DNA of 61,635 nucleotides, counting the filler, from Basidiobolus ranarum (taxonomy: Eukaryota): NCBI GenBank assembly GCA_040143965.1. It is 10 parts of 10 records of this genome, joined end to end, with 100 filler letters (N's around TTAATTAATTAA, not from the genome) between each part and the next. Parts side by side here need not be neighbours in the genome. Positions count along the whole stretch, not along the records: positions 49,417 to 55,476 come from JASJQH010001422.1; positions 55,577 to 61,635 come from JASJQH010001423.1; 8 more parts are not named here. The stretch is one strand, 5' to 3'. The position numbers and the translations under genes were made by a program. Below the pieces are notes generated by a model. It was not told the DNA's origin, did no database searches, and worked only from the letters and a program-made list of their open reading frames with translations. Shown here one piece after another: positions 52,130 to 61,635 of this stretch (its first letter is position 1; every line of letters begins with the position of its first letter).

Positions 52130-55100
52130 CCAAAGGACTCTGAGTGTCAGAGCTGCTGTCACTTGCTCTGATGAATAATACTTTAACATTTCAAAACTGT
52201 GCATAATCCTGCCCAAGCTCACCTTGATTTGAGCAAATCATGGAAATAACAAGAACCAGGTGTAACTATGAAAGTTCTTAACTTATTTCATGTGGCTTAT
52301 CCTGGGTTTGTGCAAGAAAAAGGCAATTGGGCTAGCATAGGCCTATTCATGAAACATCTCAAAAATGTACACAACTATTGACTTGAAAAAGAAAGAAAAG
52401 CAGCTAAAGAAGTATGCCACAAGCAGGAAGTATGTAAACCCAAGGGAAAAGCAAAGGAGCCAGTAAAGTTAGGCTGTACTGTCCCAGTTACCAAATTCTT
52501 CACACCATTACAAAGATCTGCATTTCTAGAGTCAGATGTAACAGCAGATATACAGGGAAAGAGGCTTAATTCTGTCATGGAACCAAATACACCAGTCAGA
52601 GGAGTGCCAAAGTAGAAAGTTTGTCCAGCAACTGGCACCTCTCAACAAGGCAATAAACAAGCCAATAAAACTCATGGCTCTCCAACCTCAACTGGTACTT
52701 TTCAGAGTGTGAAAATCAGCCCCAAACCTAAAGGCAAGCAAAAGCCATGCAAAAACTGCTAAGCACCCTCAGAAGTGTAACATCACAAGGACATATAAAA
52801 AGAGTGAAAGTGCCCCAGGAGTATTTTTAAAAGTATGAAGGAAAAAATGAAGTGCAAGTATGCAGAAAGTGGAACATTCATCTTGACATTCAGTCTGGTG
52901 TTGACTGTGCAGATATCTGCAAAGAAGTTAATACAGAGTGGCACAGTATTGCAGGGTATCCACCAGATAGCTGGAAGAATGTTGTTTCATCAACATTAAT
53001 ACAATGGTGGGCTTTGATGGAGATATTTTTACAAACTTGCATCTGATATGTGCTAAACCTTGGGTATGAAGTGTTAAAGTTTTTAGAAGACTGTTGAAAG
53101 TGGTTTGTGTTGGGAATATATGGGCTGATTGGAGGAACTTTAGAAAAGTGGAGTTGTGAGTAGCTTTGTGAGATATTTATTTATTGTTCAGAAATAAAGC
53201 ATTTATACATTTTGGTGGAAATGCAGAAAACTAACACTGGGGTTTTGTTCAGAACATCTGTGGGAGTAAATGAGCTATCTTTGGGGCAATTTGGACAAGT
53301 TTAAAATTTCCAATATGGAATTGCTAATTCTCACATTATTCACACATATATATAATATATGTTCCAATTTTCAGTTAAGCAATATTTGACTAAGTAATGT
53401 TAACTAACTTATATGTGCTATATGAAGTATTTAGGTGTATAAAGATAGAGATAACCAATATGATAAAGACAATAAACTTCAACAAGAATAACCTATCAAG
53501 GATATGACTGAACTACTCCTGGGAGTAAGAAGATTTGTATCCCTAACAAAAACAAAATCAATTTGATCTGGATAGGATTCACCCTTCTGGAGCACACAAT
53601 TTGCCAGATATCTTAACAGTGAGATTGTGGCTTCCAAATGGTATTATGAAGGTAATTGCCAAACAAAAGTAAAATTTATTTCATCCAGATTAGAACCACC
53701 CTTCTGGATTGCAAAACAATCAGAGGACTGTCACATATCTGGCAGCTTGCATTTTGCCAGGGATTTTGATGGTGAGATGGAGGCTTCTTGTCAGTATTTT
53801 GATGGTAATCATATATGATAAAATATTGATCCTCATATTTGGCATGTGTTTTGTATTTTCCAACAATTTTTGCAAAAAAAATAATTTTTCAATGGCATTT
53901 TACTGGGCTAACTGCTTTAGGAATTTAAGATAATATGCATGTATTGATTTAGATATTTTAGGCTTTGTATTCCAGCCATAATGAGAATCAAAAAACACAA
54001 GAATCTCATTGTGCTAAGTCTCTGCATATGCACAAACTTGATTGATCAGACATAACTCAGCAACATCAACCCCTAACAGAAATATGAGGTTGCTTACCAT
54101 AAGAAAACCATCACAATTTTAATCCATTTTTGATTGACTTTTACTTACCATCATAAAATTGTCAAGTTAGATTTGATTTTAATCATTTTTTTCAGTTTCT
54201 GGAGTGAAATTTCAAATTCTTGCAGAATAGCTGCACATGATTGGCTATAATCTCAGAAAACTATAGATCAACACATGTGCAAAATACATGACTTGAATTT
54301 TACACATTTACCACTGGAAGTATAATTTGTCACCATCAAAATACCTAGTTTCTTTGATGTATTCCCCAGAGTATTTTTTTAGAGTTCTTCATACCCAAGG
54401 TTTGGCTCACATCCAACACAAGTTTGAGTCAATTTCTCCATTGAAGCACACCATGTTATTAATGTTGCTGAATCAACATTCTTCCAGCTATATGGTGGAT
54501 ACCCCACTAAATTGTGCCACTCTGTATTAACTTCTTCCCAGATATCTGCATGATCAACACCAGACTGAATATGAAGTTGAATATTGCTCTTCTGAAACCA
54601 CTTTCTGCATATTTTCACTGCGTTTTCACTTCTTAAGCACTTTACTATTTTTATATGTCCTTTTAGTGTAACATTACTGAAGGTGCTTTGCAGTGTTTGT
54701 GTGGCTTTATGCTTGCCTTTAAGTTAGGGCCTGATTTTGACACTTTGAACAGAGCCACTAGAGGTTCAAGAGCCATGAGTCTTATTTGCTGGTATTTTGG
54801 CTTGTTGAGAGATGTCAGGTATTGGATAAACTTCCAAATGTAGCAATCTTCCAGCTGGTGTACTTGGTGCCATGGTAAAATTAAGCCTTTTTGCCAGTAA
54901 ATCTGCCATAGTATTTGACTCTGGTAATACAGATCTTTGTATGATGTGAAGAATTTGGTATGGGGGAGAGTAGAGCCTAAACTCACTGGCTCCTTTGTTT
55001 TTCTTGTGGGTTTACTAACTTTGTGCTCCTTAAATACTTCTTTAGCTACTTTCCTTTTGATTCCTAGTTGATAGTTGCATACATTTTTGAGATGTTTCAT

Positions 55101-55335
55101 GAATAGGACTATACTGTCTCAACTGCCATTTGCTTGCAAAAATCCAGGATAAGCCACACAAGATAGATCAAGAACCTTCAGAGTAATGCCTGGTTTTTGG
55201 TTTTTCACAATTGGTGCAAATCAAGGTTATTTTGGGCAAGATTTGCAATAGTTTCCAAAATGTTAAACCATTCATCATCAGAGCAAGTAATGGCAGCTCT
55301 GACATTCCAAGTCTTTTGGTTTGCTAGTTTTTATT
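52130..55335. repeat. Large inverted pair of a dispersed element (about 52130-53075 + versus 54385-55335 -); 49417-49734 matches 54071-54390 inverted
   Basis: Alignable blocks such as ATGAAACATCTCAAAAATGTA and paralogous translations IQSGVD.ADI..EVNTEWH...GYPP.SWKNV. Confidence 0.85.
53113..53252 (+). repeat. ~140-bp direct repeat with 55337-55476
   Basis: GGAGGAACTTTAGAAAAGTGGAGTTGTGA...AAACTAACACTGGGGTT.TGTTCAG in both copies. Confidence 0.9.
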
Positions 55336-55576
55336 GGGAAAATATGGGCTGTTTGGAGGAACTTTAGAAAAGTGGAGTTGTGAATAGCTTTGTGAGATAA
55401 TTGTATATTGTCCAGAAATAAAGCATTTATACTTTTTGGTGGAAATACAGAAAACTAACACTGGGGTTGTGTTCAGNNNNNNNNNNNNNNNNNNNNNNNN
55501 NNNNNNNNNNNNNNNNNNNNTTAATTAATTAANNNNNNNNNNNNNNNNNNNNNNNNNNNNNNNNNNNNNNNNNNNN

Positions 55577-55771
55577 TGGGCCAGCTTTGTATCCTTTGCA
55601 TGGGAAAACTCCCAAAGGACCATTCATATCATAGTCGATATCGTGGATGGACTGGTAGTATTTACTGAAAGTAGATTTACGAGGTGCGGGTGATTGAATT
55701 TCCATATGTCCAGATACAGAGCCAAACAAGTAAAGAGATGCGGAAACCAGGAAGCAAGATAGATTTTTCAT
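55577..55771 (-). CDS. AA11 LPMO paralogue, N-terminus only (truncated by contig edge)
   Basis: Signal peptide + HMEIQSPAPR...FPCKG, identical in the mature part to 56790-57701. Confidence 0.85.
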
Positions 55772-55896
55772 GATTCAAGTATCTCGTTGGAGGGACTTTA
55801 CGAATTAATTGTTATCATGTTAATCCTGAAAGTTCACATTTTATATCCTTCAACTTGAGTATGATAGCGAAGGCTTGGGAAATTTGATAATCAAGT

Positions 55897-55923
55897 ATTA
55901 TATATATATATATATATATATAA
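55897..55923. repeat. (TA)n microsatellite
   Basis: About 12 TA units. Confidence 0.9.
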
Positions 55924-56789
55924 CATACTAAAGTAGCACTTATATTAATATTTCCTAATTAAGGTAATTCAATTTTCTGTAGAAATGTAGTCGTACCACA
56001 TCGACATTCACAAAGAATTTATATGTGAACTGTAGGAATTGAACTCAGACTTGAGTGAGTTTTAATACATATTATTAGTATTATCATCGAATATTGAAGT
56101 TATCTCACGAGCCGCACAAGTTAAAAGACTCTATATAACTCTTAGACGCGATTTTAGCTAGAAAAGACCTACTTTACTTGGTAGTACATATCCTTTACAC
56201 ACTTGTATTTCACCGCCTCTCTCCTCGAAAAGGATATGATCTCCTGTGGCAATGAGATCATTATTAAAATATGGAGCAGGTTTATTAAATGAACTCTGTT
56301 CCTCGACAATTAGAGCATTTAATTAGACCAAGAGTGGTTTAGAAACATTTGGAACCCTCTTCACTGTACTATTTACATTGGTCTTGTCTTCATAGTAATC
56401 CACCAGGCTTGTATGACCGACGGTGGGTAGGACACAACAATATTTCGCGATTAATACTACTAATTAAAACTTATATAGCTGTCCCATTGATTTTTTAACT
56501 CCTCTCATGTTAGATTAAAACACGGTATAGGAAGTTCCAGCCAGTCCTTGATGAACATGGCGAAAGAAATATAAACTACTCCGCTCATCTTCACATTTGT
56601 GGAGTAATTTAAATATTACACAAGTTGCCTCTATTTGGAATATTAGTAATGCATTAAAAGATACAAAGTAGACACGATTTTTTGTAGACGATAAAAACTA
56701 TCAAGTTATGACAATAAAAAATACTCGTTAAATTTATTTTCCTTAATGGAATAATACCGGTATACAATCTGGGTTTAGTTAAACATTTA

Positions 56790-57701
56790 CTAACAAGCCC
56801 CCAAATCGGTCCACACGCCTTGTTGGCTCGGAGTTTCATTCTGAGTCCACCATTTTGCTTGCCAAAGATGTCCATTATAGGTTACCTTTTGGGCCCCATT
56901 ATAAGCAGTACTTCCATTCCAGGCGGCGACTCCAGCACAGGATCCGGTTCCTGGATCGTTTGTTGCGGTTGGCTTAGTTGAAGTGGTGGTAGTGGATGAA
57001 GGTTTGGCTGTGGTAGTCACAGGAGGCTTGGTGGTAGAAGTAGTAGTAGTGGTAGGGTCTGGGTTCGAACCACCTCCTGAGGCTCCAACAGTAATGATTG
57101 GCCGTTTGTCAAGCAACTCATGGCCATCCCCTTCACCAATGTCCATCTCCGGGATGGTAGGATAGCCAGGAAGGTTAGCAACCATAAGCTTAGGACCGGT
57201 AATTGTCCCACCAGGGGTTCCACCGTTAATGGTAATATCGACACAGTTCATGTAGTACTCTCGATTACCTTCTGCGTTAACCCAAGTCCATGCCAAAGTA
57301 GCCCGTTTGCTAGGAGGTGCAGTGGCCGGGATTGGAACATCGAATGTGAGTCCACTCTTGAAGCAGTTACGAACCACAGTCTTTAAAACGACGAAAGTCT
57401 GATCGTTGTCATAAGAAAGAGCAAATTGGCAATGGCCACCATTGTGGGTGTTTCCTGGAGCAAACTGGACTTTAACGGTGTCGCCTGCATTGTAGGTGTA
57501 CTCAACTGGGCCAGCTTTGTATCCTTTGCATGGGAAAACTCCCAAAGGACCATTCATATCATAGTCGATATCGTGGATGGACTGGTAGTATTTACTGAAA
57601 GTAGATTTACGAGGTGCAGGTGATTGAATTTCCATATGTCCAGATACAGAGCCAAACAAGCAAAGAGATGCGGCGACCAGTAGGCAAGACAAACCTCTCA
57701 T
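56790..57701 (-). CDS. AA11-like lytic polysaccharide monooxygenase with Thr/Pro linker and CBM5/12 chitin-binding module
   Basis: His1 after signal peptide, FPCK, THNGGHCQFALSYD, AWTWVN..GNREYYMNCVDI; C-terminal AWNGSTAY...VTYNGHLWQAKWWTQ.ETP....W..LG.C. Confidence 0.88.
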   Translation of the reverse strand: MRGLSCLLVAASLCLFGSVSGHMEIQSPAPRKSTFSKYYQSIHDIDYDMNGPLGVFPCKGYKAGPVEYTYNAGDTVKVQFAPGNTHNGGHCQFALSYDNDQTFVVLKTVVRNCFKSGLTFDVPIPATAPPSKRATLAWTWVNAEGNREYYMNCVDITINGGTPGGTITGPKLMVANLPGYPTIPEMDIGEGDGHELLDKRPIITVGASGGGSNPDPTTTTTSTTKPPVTTTAKPSSTTTTSTKPTATNDPGTGSCAGVAAWNGSTAYNGAQKVTYNGHLWQAKWWTQNETPSQQGVWTDLGAC

Positions 57702-58079
57702 ATTTTCAGTACTAGATGGCAGAATTGTTGGAACTGGTGTTGAACCTTTCTCTTTATATACTTCAATGTTCTCGTGTTAGTGCACTGCTCTTGTGAAGAT
57801 ATTTGCCGATAGCACTTGGTTTATTTCACAAACGAGTTCGACTTCTTGTTCGAGTAACTAGCTACTATATGTGTGCTCCCAAAATACAACAATTTTTACC
57901 TGATGGGAGATATTTGCATAATATTAACAGGTAAAAGTGGTGTGAGAAGGAAGGCATGTTCAATAAGTACATGTATGGTAATAGAGAACTTGTAATACCG
58001 AGAGAAATACCGGAAAGGAACATTCAACTCATTTTCTAATGAACAATAAGAATTTATTTTATGAGATAAACGTAGATCT

Positions 58080-58780
58080 CAGGTTAAACTATATGTGGGA
58101 GTAAATATTTTAAGAACGTCCTTAGAAATTCTTATCTATACCAGCGCTTACTACACTCTCAGTTTCCTTCGGTTGTTAAATTTTCTTTACGCCAATCTTA
58201 CCCTTTATGGTTGTAGCATCCAATACTTCCTGAAGTTCTTCGAGATGCGCTTCGTCTCTACGTTGATCGATGACACCACTCATATCACGAAGGTGAACCA
58301 ACATATCAATATTGGTTCGAAAATACTCTTAGGTGAAGACAGCTAAAACTCCTTGATCTTGTCTTCCAAATGCGAAGGAGTTACGAAAATCATCATCAAA
58401 AATTCTCGTGTTTTTCCTATAGGTACCCCTCGATTTGTTCCATTTTGTACGACTGAGTTGTTACAAGAGCTTCACCCAGACCAACCTACACTTACCATAT
58501 CAACGGTTTACTGACACTTCTGACTGAAGGTCAGAAGATTGGTCTAGGCACTGATGTTGCGGCAGGTTATGGTGCATCTATCGTCAACATCATTTGTACT
58601 GGCTATTTTTGAGCCTTTGATTGTAGCCTTGACCACTCAGATGAGAAATATCAAAAGTTAGCGGACATTTTCTACATTGTTATGCTTAGTGTACTTGGCA
58701 TGACAAATACAGTTGGAGACTCAACGGTTGAATAACAATCTGACGTATTAATTGTTGATCTTCTGGCTCACAAATCCTAA
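58080..58780 (+). pseudogene. Guanine deaminase (amidohydrolase) pseudogene
   Basis: TPRFVPFCTTELL, KIGLGTDVAAGYGASI, LADIFYI..VLGMTNTVGD...DVLIVD with large deletions and stops. Confidence 0.72.
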
Positions 58781-59149
58781 CCCCACTAAATATTAGATTG
58801 TTGTCATAACTGTCACTCTATATAGATTAGTAATCAAGCTAAATAAGGTTTATAACATATGGTACTTTTCTTCCCCACTATTAATATATCTCTAAAATGC
58901 ATGATTATGGACAAATTTTCCTTTCTTTACTCTCTCTCTTGAAAATGCTTCCCACCCTCCTCATCTTCTCTTTTTGTTGCTCTTCTTCTACTATAACACT
59001 ATCTGTGACAACCTGGGGTCAAACTAAAGACACCTTTCTAACTTGTCCCTATCTGTTTTTCCTCTCTTAGACCTAGCTACTTGGAACACTCTACCTGGCT
59101 CCACATAATCTATAAATGGGTTTAGCAATGTATAGATTTAGTGTTAGTT

Positions 59150-59500
59150 TAGATGTATTGTGCTCTACTTTGGTGATATTATGCTTATGCAAATTTACTA
59201 ATCAGATATCCACTCTATACAATTATTTTTAGTAATCAGTGTAAAAATATCAAAGCAACATCTTACCCCTGCAGCTCATTGTAGCACTCCAACTGGCTCT
59301 GATTTTGGTTTATTATGTAATCATCTCTAAAAGAGAGATGCGTGTAAGATTCATGATTTCTTGCATCCTTGGTACTGACTCAAAGATGGCCAATGGTCTA
59401 AGACCATGGACCAGACTTCTGATGTAGTAGACAGACTCATGCTTATTGGGGATGAATTTGTAGCCAATGTCAATATGGCCTTGCTCAGTAAGGTATATAT
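59150..59500 (+). mobile_element. Possible MULE/SWIM-like transposase remnant
   Basis: CSTPTGSDFGLLCNHL...HDFLHPWY weakly resembles SWIM C..CxH + HPRW; CpG-depleted. Confidence 0.3.
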
Positions 59501-60099
59501 AAATAATGTTTAATTTCTAATTTATTGATTTTTATAATGAATTCTGCTATTACTTTATTTTTTGCTCATTAGTCTTATCTTTGACTGCAGCTAGTTTAAA
59601 TAGTATTAATTACTCAGACTGCTATAGGTCAGGTAATGATCAAGTCTTCAAGAAATGCTGGGGCAGTGCTGCTGGCAAATTTATCATTGTTTGGCATTCA
59701 GGGTAAGTTAATTGCTGTCATGGGAGTGTGCATGAAGGTAGTGTTTATCAATAAATAAATATTGTGGGGTATAAAGAGTCCAAGAATATCAAAAGATTGT
59801 GGATAGATACTGAAATAAATTTAGTCAAACAAGCTTGTCAGATTGAGTATTGCATTTGTGAGATATTTTGCATAACTGCTAGATTTCTGCAAAGTTTCTA
59901 TAGGTGAAAAAGCAAGTAGGCTTGGTCAGATATGGAAAAAGTACCTTTGGAAAATGTGGAAATAGGGCAGTTAAGTCAAAGCTACTCTACTGTGGTTGAT
60001 AGGTCAAGCAGGGTAGGAAGGCTTGCAAAAGCTCATCTGGAACTTATTTGGAGTATTTTGATCAACTTTGTAGTTCTTTGATATATAGACTTCTTAGAC

Positions 60100-61250
60100 T
60101 TGTCCTATATTTTATATGCTTCTCCCTCTAATACTCACTACAGTTAAGTTTTGGTATAATTAATACCACTTGAACCATGTGCATTTTACAAATAAAAGTC
60201 TCTTCTCATGTACACCTATTATGATTAACTTATTTATGTGGGCAAAGATATGCTGAAAGCTTGCCGAGAACTTCCTTTTGCAAACTAAAATACATCTGCA
60301 AGGCCAATATTTTGTACCAATATTGCAGTATTTAATATTATGTATAAAATTATACAATCAAAATCCATCCAAGGAAAACCAGATATATATTGATCTTATT
60401 ACTCTAGAGCCAAAGTAGTGTTAGATTTTGCAAAAAAATCATAACTCATAGTAAGCCCAAGTGGCACTCATTTTTCATGGGATTATGAAAGATCTCTATA
60501 CATTGCTCTGCACACATGCTAGTCTATGAGCACAACCAAATGCACCAGTTTTTACATTACAGTGTTGTGTATCTTTTGTTTTGGACTGAATTGTGTCTAT
60601 GATGGATGTGGCTGTAACAATCTTGATTAGCATGGCATATGAAGCACAAAAGATTTGGCTTTATGTAGTACTTCTTCACCTATGCATTCAGAAGGAAACT
60701 CCTCCAAAGTAAAGTGTGGTCCCATAACCTCCAAACACTGTAATAAATGTAGGAAAGAGAGAAGTTAATATTGGCAGAGTTTGATTTGTTCCCTATGATG
60801 CCTATAAAACAATCTCTCAAAATCTCTCACAAACTCCTCACAAAGTTGTGGTATAAATTTAGGTGATAGAAAATTTTTATCAATATGATGAGCTTAAATT
60901 CAAAAGTAGTATTGTATTTTAGAGCCACTTGATGTTAAATAGATGCTTGAATGCTGAAAAGAGACTATTAGCCTTTGTGCAATCATTGAAAACATACACT
61001 CTACCAGTACTAACACCAACACTACCTTCCTCCAGGCCAAAGACATCAAAAAGAGATCATCTTATATGGATAATAGAGAAGTCTCTGGTACATTACTGAA
61101 TTTCACAAACTCACACATACATGCTATAAAATCAATCATGTTCCTGCACCTCTAATGCTGCCATAGGCAGATGCACTCCAGTTAATATTGACAAAAAAAA
61201 TAATGAGATTGTGTCATGTGCCAGAATTCATGTGAATATAGCAGTACAGG
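60100..61250 (-). mobile_element. Degenerate CACTA/CMC (En/Spm-like) transposase remnant
   Basis: EEFVRDFERLF..NINFSFLHLLQCLEVMGPHFTLEEFPSECIG resembles the H.LLHL..CI...GP......FP.ER..G motif; downstream FQHIFAH..LFVKCTWFK. Confidence 0.45.
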
Positions 61251-61635
61251 CAATACACAATAGTATCAGAGTAACAGAGAAAGGAGTAGAAACTATAGAT
61301 GCCTGTGTCACAGATATTGTAACCAATATTTGAGAATTTGTTGGATAATTAATCTGTATTCAACATCTTAGGTTACATTAGTTTTGAGACATTTGTAAGA
61401 GACAGGAAGTAATGTATATATAGTCCTTGTATATTAATCAGGAATATGTCTATATCTATATAACAAGTATGTTTTGTTACCCTTGTTAATTTACATAGAT
61501 TTAACCTCTTTTAGTCAAACCATTGAAATACCATCATAAAATTGGCAAGCCAAATTTAGTTTAATATATGTTGCTTACTTGACAAACTGAAATATTCAGA
61601 TCTCACAAAGTGGTTTCTTATTTTTGGCTACAATA

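Overview
The window is not one locus. It is ten unrelated fungal contigs of about 6.06-6.09 kb, sorted by decreasing length and joined by artificial 100-nt spacers (44N-TTAATTAATTAA-44N). Short GT-AG introns and gene content indicate an early-diverging fungus; Zoopagomycota/Basidiobolus-like is my inference. Recognisable genes: an LRR protein, APN1, a membrane RING protein, a Pro/Gly hexapeptide-repeat protein, GDH, Elongin C, GAD, BCS1, PalC-like, IKS1-like kinase, ATP18, Ste20/PAK, a bacterial-like GNAT, a GT31-like/GT34 glycosyltransferase, two AA11 LPMO paralogues (the complete one with CBM5/12), secreted proteins and a U6 snRNA gene. There are many decayed genes (cupin, UNC-93-like, CAP, CDC50, cyclin H, guanine deaminase) and mobile DNA that is mostly CpG-depleted (nested Ty1/copia, solo LTRs, CACTA/CMC-like elements), plus a Helitron relic that keeps its CpGs. 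The most striking find is a 282-bp solo LTR with a perfect 5-bp target-site duplication that carries a full-length tRNA-like cloverleaf inside the LTR. The U6 gene also has an extra 3' cUUCGg hairpin. All family calls come from motif recognition by eye, with no database search.
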